A stretch of 64,000 nucleotides of DNA, taken from an uncultured Planctomycetales bacterium. GTDB lineage: Bacteria > Omnitrophota > Gorgyraeia > Gygaellales > Profunditerraquicolaceae. This document shows positions 53,485 through 61,358 of the stretch, one piece after another. The stretch is from assembly GCA_964354585.1 (NCBI GenBank), contig CAYHAI010000052.1, forward strand, positions 6,283-70,282, in the 5' to 3' direction. How positions within the stretch are numbered: position 1 is the stretch's first letter; each line of letters opens with the position of its first letter. A model generated the notes under the pieces. The model ran no database searches and was not told the origin of the DNA. It was given only the letters and a program-made list of their open reading frames with translations. The position numbers were made by a program, and so were the translations under genes.

Positions 53485-53664
53485 TTACTTTGGCACTACT
53501 TTATCTGCGGCTTTACCAATCGCGCTATTGGCATTGTTTAAAGATGCCTGGACTGCTGGCTTAATCCAGGTTGCTGCGGCATAAATAATTAAGCCGACAA
53601 TCGCGGTCAAGATGAGTAAATATTCCAATGTGCTCTGGCCGTTTTTCTTTAAAGATTTTACCAT
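53485..53664 (-). CDS. Flp-like major pilin candidate (59 aa; not in ORF track)
   Basis: MVKSLKKNG|QSTLEYLLILTAIVGLIIYAAATWIKPAVQASLNNANSAIGKAADKVVPK. Confidence 0.88.
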   Translation of the reverse strand: MVKSLKKNGQSTLEYLLILTAIVGLIIYAAATWIKPAVQASLNNANSAIGKAADKVVPK

Positions 53665-53679
53665 ATCAGCTTCACCCCC

Positions 53680-53877
53680 TTATTTTACCATATCTGCTAC
53701 TTTACCTGAATCTGTTTGTATCCTATCTCCTGCCTGTTTCATTAATTTCCCCACTCCACCTTCACCTGTCGGCTCTTTTTTCCCTAATATAACTGCGAGA
53801 GCAACTACTGCCGCAATTATTGCGGTAAAAACAATTACGTATTCCAATGTACCCTGGGCTTTTTTCTTTCTCAACAT
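53680..53877 (-). CDS. Flp-like pilin (65 aa)
   Basis: KKA|QGTLEYVIVFTAIIAAVVALAVIL. Confidence 0.88.
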   Translation of the reverse strand: MLRKKKAQGTLEYVIVFTAIIAAVVALAVILGKKEPTGEGGVGKLMKQAGDRIQTDSGKVADMVK

Positions 53878-53892
53878 ATTTTCACCCCCCTA

Positions 53893-54063
53893 TTATGGTT
53901 GTGGTTCAGCATTAATTTGGTCTTCTACCAGCTTTAAGTTTGCCTGCACTGAACGCTGGACATAGACATTCATCGCCATTAAAGCCGCAGCCACCACGGA
54001 AATAATCAGCGCGTATTCCAAAACACTCTGGCCGCGCCTGGTGGTTATTTTGCCCAACTTCAT
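53893..54063 (-). CDS. Small pilin-like protein (56 aa; not in ORF track)
   Basis: MKLGKITTRRG|QSVLEYALIISVVAAALMAMNVYVQRSVQANLKLVEDQINAEPQP. Confidence 0.88.
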   Translation of the reverse strand: MKLGKITTRRGQSVLEYALIISVVAAALMAMNVYVQRSVQANLKLVEDQINAEPQP

Positions 54064-54075
54064 CTTCCTCTCCTT

Positions 54076-54291
54076 CTATTTATTTGCCAAGTTTAACCCG
54101 CTGGTTCCTATCGCCTTTTGGAAAAACCCCTTTGTCTTACTATTGCCTTGCAGCGTCCTTTGTATCACCGGTAAAAAAGAACTGAAAGATAAGATAACCA
54201 AAAGCGCAACTACACTAAAAATTATAAAATATTCCAAAGAAGCTTGGCCTTTTTTACTTTTATTTATTTTTAAGGACTTTATAAAAGTCAT
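54076..54291 (-). CDS. Flp-like pilin (71 aa), first gene of pilin operon
   Basis: KKG|QASLEYFIIFSVVALLVILSF. Confidence 0.88.
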   Translation of the reverse strand: MTFIKSLKINKSKKGQASLEYFIIFSVVALLVILSFSSFLPVIQRTLQGNSKTKGFFQKAIGTSGLNLANK

Positions 54292-54311
54292 AATTAACCT
54301 CTAAATTAAAT

Positions 54312-54340
54312 AAAAAACCGAAAACCTAAACGGCTTTCGG
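54312..54340 (-). terminator. Intrinsic terminator as riboswitch expression platform
   Basis: Minus strand CCGAAAGCC-GTTTA-GGTTTTCGG followed by TTTTTT; overlaps the riboswitch 3' end. Confidence 0.7.
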
Positions 54341-54480
54341 TAACCCGGCTAATGTTCTCGCTTTGACCCTTAAGCACTGGGACTGTCCCCGCAGGGGACT
54401 GTCCCTAAATTACTGGCGAGCATCATCCCGTGGCTTTGCGCAGCAGGAACCTCCATTCCCACCTTGCGTTTTCGTTGCCG
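54336..54480 (-). ncRNA. c-di-GMP-I-like riboswitch variant upstream of pilin operon, with REP-like insertion
   Basis: CGCAAAGCCACGGG...TAGCCGGGTTACCGAA core; atypical P2; GGGACAGTCCC-ctgcg-GGGACAGTCCC insertion at 54379-54405. Confidence 0.7.
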
Positions 54481-54498
54481 CCCTACAATTGCACTTAA

Positions 54499-54527
54499 AA
54501 TATAACATCTGTAATCGTGAATGTCAA
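54499..54527 (-). promoter_or_regulatory. Sigma70-type promoter of pilin operon
   Basis: TTGACA (54522-54527), 17 nt, TATATT (54499-54504), with extended TG. Confidence 0.75.
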
Positions 54528-54562
54528 GAATATTTTACCCTTCTCCAGAAACCGCTTTCCCA

Positions 54563-54620
54563 GGGACGTCTTTTAACCCAATCGAGGGACGTCTTTGGAA
54601 CCAATCGGAAGGGTGTCCCC
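54563..54620 (+). repeat. REP-like element (GGGACGTCTTT family), copy 1
   Basis: gggacgtcttttaacccaatcgagggacgtctttggaaccaatcggaagggtgtcccc. Confidence 0.9.
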
Positions 54621-54642
54621 TAAAACTTAGTAATAAGACTTA

Positions 54643-54686
54643 CCACCTACGAGGTGGAATACTCTTCTTTCCACCTTGAGGTGGAA
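54643..54686. repeat. Pair of CCACCT-n-AGGTGG palindromes
   Basis: ccacct-acg-aggtgg (54643-54657) and ttccacct-tg-aggtggaa (54669-54686). Confidence 0.8.
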
Positions 54687-54717
54687 TAGGTAGAATTTTA
54701 AAAGAGACTTAATAATA

Positions 54718-54795
54718 AGAAATGTCCGATCTGAAGATTTACTTGACATTGGACATTTCTTATGTTATATTTAAATCGAGATGATAAATGTCCAA
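54718..54795 (+). promoter_or_regulatory. Sigma70 promoter overlapped by three GGACATTT boxes
   Basis: TTGACA 54743-54748, 17 nt, TATATT 54766-54771; boxes AGAAATGTCCGA 54718-54729, TTGGACATTTCT 54749-54760 (in the spacer), AAATGTCCAA 54786-54795. Confidence 0.7.
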
Positions 54796-54815
54796 TCTAT
54801 AAAAATGGGCGAAAA

Positions 54816-56525
54816 ATGGGCGTAATTTATAAATTAAAACCCGAAATTAAAAACTGGCTATTAGAAAGAAAACGGACTAACCCGGTTTTAAGTTGCCGCG
54901 GCCTAGTCTCTCTACTGGAAGAGGAATTTAAAATAAAGGTTTCCAAATCTAGTGTTAACTGCTTGGTTAAAGAAGCTGGCCTGAGTATGCCCATAGGAAG
55001 AAGGCAGAAAAAAAGAAGGCGCCAGGTTCCTGCCGCAGTTCAGCCTCAACCAGAGCCAACCATAGAAATACCCCTTCAACTACCTGCGCCAACTCAGCCA
55101 GAACCAGCCTTAGAGGCGCCTATTGAACCTCAGCCGGAAATGCCTAAAGAAACACCTACACCACCTCAGCTAGAAGTGCCTATAGAAACTCCACCATCAG
55201 AAACACCTATGTCCATTCCGCCAGAATTACCGATACAGACATCCCTGCAAATACCGGACGAAATTCTGCAAAAAATGCTCTCGTCGGGTATAATTTTGCT
55301 GAAGGCAGCGGATTATTTAATCGGTGGCAGCTACCTTATTCAGGAAACGATGAAAAAACACCTAAACCTGCGCGATAAAAATCTGTTAGATAAAATAGAA
55401 TGTTTAATCTATGCGCCCTTGTTGGGGATACCTGAAGAACTGTCCAAGACATATCTTAATGAATTACAAGGGGCAGAATCAATAGCCCAAGAGATATTGC
55501 GGGTTTTATCCGGCATATTAACCGAGATACGTTGTCTCAAAGTCCTTTTAGCCGATGGAGATGCTTTATATTTAGATGGCCAATTTCATACCATCTGGTC
55601 AGTGCCCAATATTCCCTATGATTTTGTAAACACTATCTACAATATAAAAAATTATATAACCAAATCCTTCTACAAAGATGAGCCCCTTACCCTTTTGATG
55701 GCTCCGGGTTACGATACGCCTACCATGGAATTCTTCAATTTCATTTTAAGTTTCGGGGGCAGGATGAAAAACATTACTAGACTTAGTATCGATGACAATA
55801 AATCGCAGGAGTTGGAGTCCACGCCCTTAGAGCAGAATAAAAAACGCTCCTTCGTATTGGGGCTTTGGCCCTGGCAGTTTGTAGAATATCGCCGGGTTAA
55901 GAAAATAGGGGATTTTAAGCCCTTTTATTTCCAGGCGCAGGGGAAAAACTTCTATCTGGCCGATATAGAGATTGAATTATCTTGGCCCAACAAATATCAA
56001 TCAATTACATTTTCCGGTTGCGCCTTGAAAACAAATCTCGCTGAAAAAACGCGTTTGATTATAATAAGTAACCTTGCTGGAGAGTTAGCCAAGCCCGAAT
56101 ATCTGGCGAATACCTATCTTAGCCGCTGGCCAAATTTAGAAGAAGCATTCCAAGATTTTAGTCATAAAGTTGAACTCTTTACCTATACTGCTGACTCCCA
56201 GGGCTTCTTTTTTGTAGAGAAGTTGAATTTGAACCAAGACACATCCGGCATAAAACAATTGCTTGACTGGTATCTTGGGGTATTAGATTTATATGTTAAA
56301 TGGCACTTCCTCCCCTCTGAATATACAGGCAAAGACTTATTGACCCTCAAAGAGGGGTTTTACGACCTTAAGGTAGTTTTCCAACCGCAAAAAGAGCATG
56401 CCTTAGCAACCTTCCAACCACCTTCGGGATTCCGCTCCCTAAATGCGCTGGAATACGCCTGCCGCAGGCTAAACGAAAGAGAAATTATCCTTACCGACGG
56501 CAAGCGCCTCTGGTTCTCCCCCTAA
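54816..56525 (+). CDS. HTH protein with Pro-rich linker and degenerate DDE-transposase-like domain
   Basis: N-terminal LSCRGLVSLLEEEFKIKVSKSSVNCLVKEAGL HTH; YLDGQFH; YLSRWPNLEEAF (Y-x2-R-W..E..F transposase-type motif); start at ATG 54816 because 54762 lies inside the promoter. Confidence 0.65.
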   Translation: MGVIYKLKPEIKNWLLERKRTNPVLSCRGLVSLLEEEFKIKVSKSSVNCLVKEAGLSMPIGRRQKKRRRQVPAAVQPQPEPTIEIPLQLPAPTQPEPALEAPIEPQPEMPKETPTPPQLEVPIETPPSETPMSIPPELPIQTSLQIPDEILQKMLSSGIILLKAADYLIGGSYLIQETMKKHLNLRDKNLLDKIECLIYAPLLGIPEELSKTYLNELQGAESIAQEILRVLSGILTEIRCLKVLLADGDALYLDGQFHTIWSVPNIPYDFVNTIYNIKNYITKSFYKDEPLTLLMAPGYDTPTMEFFNFILSFGGRMKNITRLSIDDNKSQELESTPLEQNKKRSFVLGLWPWQFVEYRRVKKIGDFKPFYFQAQGKNFYLADIEIELSWPNKYQSITFSGCALKTNLAEKTRLIIISNLAGELAKPEYLANTYLSRWPNLEEAFQDFSHKVELFTYTADSQGFFFVEKLNLNQDTSGIKQLLDWYLGVLDLYVKWHFLPSEYTGKDLLTLKEGFYDLKVVFQPQKEHALATFQPPSGFRSLNALEYACRRLNEREIILTDGKRLWFSP

Positions 56526-56532
56526 TTCCCCA

Positions 56533-56589
56533 GGGACGTCTTTTCACCCAATTGAGGGACGTCTTTGAATCTAAAGCAAAGGGTGTCCC
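56533..56589 (+). repeat. REP-like element (GGGACGTCTTT family), copy 2
   Basis: gggacgtcttttcacccaattgagggacgtctttgaatctaaagcaaagggtgtccc. Confidence 0.88.
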
Positions 56590-56663
56590 TCCTCCAATTT
56601 TTTAGAAAAATTTTTGTTAGATTTAGGGGGTCATTACGTCTATTGGTATAGGAGGTAATAAAT

Positions 56664-57146
56664 ATGTCAAGGGGAGCAAGATTAACTTTAGACAACGCCT
56701 CTTATCATATCATGGTAAGAGGAAACCAGAAACAAGTTACTTTTATTGAAGAAACAGATTTCCTAAAATATCTTGAACTATTAAAACACTATAAAAAGAA
56801 ATATAAGTTTAAATTGTACGGGTATTGTTTAATGCCTAACCATATACATCTAATAATCGATATCGAGAAAGGGTCTGACGTGGCTAAGATTATGCAAGGA
56901 TTAAATCAAACATACACAATCTGGTTCAATGAAAAATATAAAAAAGTGGGCCATCTATGGCAAGGAAGATACAAAAGTATGCTTATCCAGAAAAATAAAT
57001 ATATGCTTGAATGCATAGAATATGTAGAATTTAATCCTATTAGAGCAAACATAAGCAAATCTCCTTTTGAATATCGTTGGAGCAGCTGGCAAGAACGCCT
57101 GGGTTGCAAGGAAAATACCCTACTGAACTTACCCCAATTAACTTAA
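56664..57146 (+). CDS. REP-associated tyrosine transposase (RAYT/TnpA-REP, Y1 HUH)
   Basis: YHIMVRGN, YCLMPNHIHL (HUH), GHLWQGRYKS, YVEFNP, YRWSS; GGAGG RBS; flanked by inverted REP-like copies. Confidence 0.9.
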   Translation: MSRGARLTLDNASYHIMVRGNQKQVTFIEETDFLKYLELLKHYKKKYKFKLYGYCLMPNHIHLIIDIEKGSDVAKIMQGLNQTYTIWFNEKYKKVGHLWQGRYKSMLIQKNKYMLECIEYVEFNPIRANISKSPFEYRWSSWQERLGCKENTLLNLPQLT

Positions 57147-57184
57147 GGGGGGATACCCTTCCGATTGGTTCCAAAGACGTCCCT
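57147..57184 (-). repeat. REP-like element, copy 3 (inverted, partial)
   Basis: ggggggatacccttccgattggttccaaagacgtccct, immediately after the RAYT stop. Confidence 0.88.
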
Positions 57185-57186
57185 AT

Positions 57187-57528
57187 TTATTCTATGAGGA
57201 GGGTATCATTTTGGCAGGTGGAGGTTGATTGAATAATACCTGGGGGTAATTCAATAGCAAAAGCAGCATTAAAATATGCACAGGTAATACAGAATGGCCT
57301 TAAAGAGGTTATGGTTTTTATGACCCGGCTGTTTTTATCCACGAATAAGACATCTATAGGAAAGCGCATAAAAAAGGTATGTATGGAATTGCATGGCCTT
57401 AAGATAAGCGCCTGGCTCGGTTTAAATTCCTTTCTACCCAAAAGGCCTTTCATTCTTTTAAAAAGACTGTTAGCGATTATGGCTTCTTCGGCTAAAATAG
57501 TATTTTGGGTTTTATTAATTATCTTCAT
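57187..57528 (-). CDS. DUF192 family protein
   Basis: A-SLFKRMKGLLGR, PCNSIHTFFMRFPIDVLFVD, AIELPPG; start at 57528 (the upstream start lies inside a REP copy). Confidence 0.88.
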   Translation of the reverse strand: MKIINKTQNTILAEEAIIANSLFKRMKGLLGRKEFKPSQALILRPCNSIHTFFMRFPIDVLFVDKNSRVIKTITSLRPFCITCAYFNAAFAIELPPGIIQSTSTCQNDTLLIE

Positions 57529-57537
57529 TCTTTCTTT

Positions 57538-57597
57538 GGGGGACACCCTTCCGATTAGTTCCAAAGACGTCCCTCGATTGGATGGAAAGACGTCCCT
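57538..57597 (-). repeat. REP-like element, copy 4 (inverted)
   Basis: gggggacacccttccgattagttccaaagacgtccctcgattggatggaaagacgtccct; overlaps the stop codon of the upstream ATPase gene. Confidence 0.9.
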
Positions 57598-59752
57598 AGG
57601 GGGATTTGAAGATACCTTCGGGGAGAGAGATACCTTTTATTCTGATCTCTTCAATAAAAGAAGGCACATAGCCTGTGGCTGCAAAATCTCCTAATACATT
57701 GCCTTGACCGTCAATGCCGCTTTGCTTAAACGCGAAGATATCCCTCAGGTCAATATGGATTTCGTCTTTCATCCCCGCCACTTCGGTTATCTGTAAAACC
57801 TTGCGGCTTCCGTCGGAGAGCCGGGCAGTATGGACGATTAGATCTACGGCAGAGGCAGTCATCTCGCGGATCGCCCTGATGGGAAGCTCAATGCCGGACA
57901 TTAAAATCATTGAATCAAGCCTCATCAAAACATCGTGCGTAGAGTTGGCGTGGACAGTAGTCATTGAGCCATCGTGGCCGGTATTCATTGCCTGCAACAT
58001 ATCCAGCGTCTCGATACTGCGGCATTCGCCAATAATAATCCTGTCCGGCCTCATCCTTAAGGTGTTGCGGAAAAGATCCTTAATAGTCACCGCGCCCCTG
58101 CCTTCAATATTGGGAGGCCGGGATTCCAGCCTTATCCAATGTTCCTGATGCAATTTTAACTCCGCGGCGTCCTCAATAGTCACAATGCGTTCATTCTCAG
58201 GAATAAAAGCGGAAAGGACATTCAGCAGGGTGGTCTTGCCGCTACCGGTGCCGCCGGAAACAATAATATTTTTTCTGGCTAATACGCAGGCCTTAATAAA
58301 ATCCGCCATCGGCAAATTTAAAGTCTTCAGCCCCACTAACTCTTCAATCTTAAAACGCTCTTTGCGGAATTTTCTGATGGTGAGCGATGGCCCGGTTAAA
58401 GAAAGAGGCGGGATAATCGCATTTACGCGCGAACCGTCGGGGAGCCGGGCATCCACCATCGGCACAGACTCATCAATGCGCCTGCCGATAGGAGCAATAA
58501 TGCGTTCGATAACTGTCCTTACCTGCTCATTGGAAATAAACCTCTTGCTCGTCAGTTCAATCTTGCCGTTGCGCTCCACATATACTTCGTCTTTATTATT
58601 CACCATAATATCGGTTATCGTAGGCTCAGCCAATAAGTCCTCCAAAGGGCCTAACCCTAAGGCTTCATCCAGAATTTCTTTTACCAACTTTTTCCTTACC
58701 TCTTGCGAAGAAATAAAACTACCCGCCTCTTCTACCAAGAAATTCGTCACCATCATCTCTGCCCTGTCTTTTAACTCTTTGGTCTTTCTGGGGTCGCTGA
58801 ACACCTTCAAATCTAGCCTCTTCAGATTCAATTCGGCGATGAGGCGATTATGAATGCGGCGTTTAAGTATGAGTATTTCGTCTATCTCTTCGGGCGCCGC
58901 TGGCTCAACTAACGGCTCAATTAAACCCTGCCTTTGCCAAAAATCTCCGGTTTTTTCCAATGCTAATTCCTTAAGTTGTATTTCGTCTATTTCGCGGTGT
59001 TTAATAAATAAATCTTTATCTATGACTAGTTTATGGGCAAAGGTATTTAGGGAAGAGGCGATCTTTGTCCTTGGCTTATTAATCACCAGGGGGATGCGCA
59101 GATTTATTGACTCTCCCGCTGATTTTCCGTCGGAAGGTATCTGGGCAATAATATCCACTGCCAGGTTTACCTTGACCTCTTGCCAGCTAATACTAGCCAC
59201 AGATTCCGCCCGGTTAAGCACCACCTTAATCATCGCTAAAGGAAAATGTAAAGACTGCAACGTATCTAAGGCCCATTTAGTCTGGTATATAGAGAGTATA
59301 TCCGGCGTCACTACTAAAAGAATAAGATTTGCCTGATTCAAGATATTTATAAATAACTCGCTGAAGTTCCTGCCACCATCTATAATGATGTAATCATAAT
59401 GCTTATCCAATAAGGCAAAGACTTCTGTGATTTTCTCCGGCTTAAGATGGGGTGATTGTTGCGGCCTTAAAATTCCGGCTAAAAAGTCAATGTTTAAATC
59501 CGGGCTGTGCACCGCAAAATCATCTTTTTTAAACTGCTGGGGCTGCCTTTCAAGCAGAGAGATTAAATCTACCATTGCCTTTTGCGGTTTTAGATTTAAC
59601 ATCCTGGCCATATCACCGGCCACGTGGGTGTCTAAATCAATGACGCAGACGCGCTTAAATTCGCCCCTGCTTAAGGAAACCGCCAGATTAGCGGCAATGA
59701 GGGTTTTGCCCACACCGCCTTTTGTGCTAAATATGACGATTTTCTTGGCCAT
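57596..59752 (-). CDS. Fused CpaE/TadZ (MinD-like) and CpaF/TadA pilus ATPase
   Basis: N-terminal FSTKGGVGKT deviant Walker A; C-terminal GLGPLEDLL, VDARLPDGSRVN, SGGTGSGKTT, LRMRPDRIIIGECR, MNTGHDGSMTTVHAN. Confidence 0.92.
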   Translation of the reverse strand: MAKKIVIFSTKGGVGKTLIAANLAVSLSRGEFKRVCVIDLDTHVAGDMARMLNLKPQKAMVDLISLLERQPQQFKKDDFAVHSPDLNIDFLAGILRPQQSPHLKPEKITEVFALLDKHYDYIIIDGGRNFSELFINILNQANLILLVVTPDILSIYQTKWALDTLQSLHFPLAMIKVVLNRAESVASISWQEVKVNLAVDIIAQIPSDGKSAGESINLRIPLVINKPRTKIASSLNTFAHKLVIDKDLFIKHREIDEIQLKELALEKTGDFWQRQGLIEPLVEPAAPEEIDEILILKRRIHNRLIAELNLKRLDLKVFSDPRKTKELKDRAEMMVTNFLVEEAGSFISSQEVRKKLVKEILDEALGLGPLEDLLAEPTITDIMVNNKDEVYVERNGKIELTSKRFISNEQVRTVIERIIAPIGRRIDESVPMVDARLPDGSRVNAIIPPLSLTGPSLTIRKFRKERFKIEELVGLKTLNLPMADFIKACVLARKNIIVSGGTGSGKTTLLNVLSAFIPENERIVTIEDAAELKLHQEHWIRLESRPPNIEGRGAVTIKDLFRNTLRMRPDRIIIGECRSIETLDMLQAMNTGHDGSMTTVHANSTHDVLMRLDSMILMSGIELPIRAIREMTASAVDLIVHTARLSDGSRKVLQITEVAGMKDEIHIDLRDIFAFKQSGIDGQGNVLGDFAATGYVPSFIEEIRIKGISLPEGIFKSP

Positions 59753-59755
59753 CTT

Positions 59756-61348
59756 TTAATCTAAACGATAGATTATGGGAACCTCTATCCAGAGTTCCTG
59801 CTGGTCTATAGAGGAAGGAAAGGGTGGATAAGGAGAAATATTTTTTGCCGCAGAAACCGCATTATCATCCAGGACCTGATAACCCGAAGAATCTTTAACC
59901 ATCGCCTCTAAAAGCTCGCCGCGATAAGAAAGGCGCAGCTTCAGCCTTACCGTTCCCTGAAAACCCGCTTCTTTGGCTGGGCGAGGATAAGTCAAATTTT
60001 CTAAGATGCGTTTTTGCACCAACCGGGCGTATCCTGTTGCCGGCGTAGAAGTGTCTTCAACAATGGCGGGAGAAACTATTTCTGGTTTTATTTGTTTTTC
60101 TGCTTGGGCTAATTCTTTTTTCTCGCTGACTATGGTGGGGGTAAGGGCAATAAATAATTCGGTGTTGCCGCGTTCGCCTTGGCCACCGCCTAATTTAGTA
60201 ACCTTTTGCCTAAAAAATAAACCTAAGACCGGCACGTCGGCTAACCAAGGAACTTTACGCAGGTCCTCTTCGGTCTTTTGCTTGATTAAACCGCCTATGG
60301 CTATGGTCTGGCCGTCATTAATATAAAGTTCGGTAGAGGCGCTGCGTTTAGTCAAAGGATATGCCCTGGCAGTAGTCTCTGTGGCCGAACCAATAGTCTC
60401 GGCTGTGCCTACCTCGCTTACTTCCACATCTACGCCTAACTTGATGCGCTTCTCTTCGTTTACCGTGGGCCTTATCTTTAGCTTTATGCCGTATTCTTTG
60501 TATTCCACGGTGCTGGAAGTTGAGCCTCCCTCGCTAGTAGAGGTAGTGAAAATCGGCTTCTCTCCGCCCACTAATAATTGCGCTTCTTTGCCGCTTTGAC
60601 AAGCCAGCCGCGGCCGGGAGAGAACGCGCGCTTTACCTTCCTGAATTAAAGCATCTAACTTCAAGGTAAAGGCAGCCCGCGTTTCGTTTACTACTCGGAA
60701 TATTTTTGACCATGTGGTACCAGCAATAGCAGGAGAACCGCTTTCGGTAAGGGCAATGCTACCCGGCCAGGTAAAACCTAAAGTATCCGTGGCGTCTTTG
60801 CTAAGCTCTAAAACCTGCACATCAATATCCACTACTGCCTCTTCTTCTTTTATCACCAGAAGGTCAACAATTTTGTCTTTAAGCGTTCCTAAGGCAGTGT
60901 TAATCCTTTCTCTCTCTTGAGGCGTTTTGACATTACCCATGAGAATAACTTTATTCTCTTCGTCTACTGCCTTCGTGTATACCCCAGAAAGATTAAGACT
61001 ACTTAATATATTATCCACGCGGCGCTTAATTTCTTGCATATCCTCGGCAAAGACTTTTACCCGATAAGACTGCTCGCCAAAATTATCCCAAAAGACCAAC
61101 GTAGTTACCCCTGCCGATTTCGGGGCAAGGGTGATTTCGCTGGTCGTTACATTTATTACATCGGCAATGCTGGGGTTGCCGATAGCAATGCGCCGCGGCT
61201 GGCTGACCGGGATAATTTTAACCTCGCCCATATATAGCTCTAATTCCTCTTGCGCCGGGGAGGCCGCTTCATTTAAGGCATAATTATCGGCGGGAAACAC
61301 CAGAAAACCTGCAATCATTAAAGAAGTTATTAAGAAAATTTTTCTCAT
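59756..61348 (-). CDS. CpaC/RcpA secretin with C-terminal TonB_C domain
   Basis: Pilus-formation N-domain IAIGNPSIADV, BON-like domain, secretin motifs SGKEAQLLVGGE, GQTIAIGGLI, KVPWLADVPVLGLFF; C-terminal YPRPAKEAGFQGTV...SSGYQVLDDNAV. Confidence 0.9.
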   Translation of the reverse strand: MRKIFLITSLMIAGFLVFPADNYALNEAASPAQEELELYMGEVKIIPVSQPRRIAIGNPSIADVINVTTSEITLAPKSAGVTTLVFWDNFGEQSYRVKVFAEDMQEIKRRVDNILSSLNLSGVYTKAVDEENKVILMGNVKTPQERERINTALGTLKDKIVDLLVIKEEEAVVDIDVQVLELSKDATDTLGFTWPGSIALTESGSPAIAGTTWSKIFRVVNETRAAFTLKLDALIQEGKARVLSRPRLACQSGKEAQLLVGGEKPIFTTSTSEGGSTSSTVEYKEYGIKLKIRPTVNEEKRIKLGVDVEVSEVGTAETIGSATETTARAYPLTKRSASTELYINDGQTIAIGGLIKQKTEEDLRKVPWLADVPVLGLFFRQKVTKLGGGQGERGNTELFIALTPTIVSEKKELAQAEKQIKPEIVSPAIVEDTSTPATGYARLVQKRILENLTYPRPAKEAGFQGTVRLKLRLSYRGELLEAMVKDSSGYQVLDDNAVSAAKNISPYPPFPSSIDQQELWIEVPIIYRLD

Positions 61349-61358
61349 CTATCTCCTT

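Noticed and set aside
45644-54623. Plus-strand ORFs across the tad/pilin operon
   Set aside because: Antisense shadows of well-supported minus-strand genes or the riboswitch leader
56664-57146. IS200/IS605 insertion sequence call
   Set aside because: No tnpB; sequence motifs and flanking multi-copy inverted repeats fit a RAYT better
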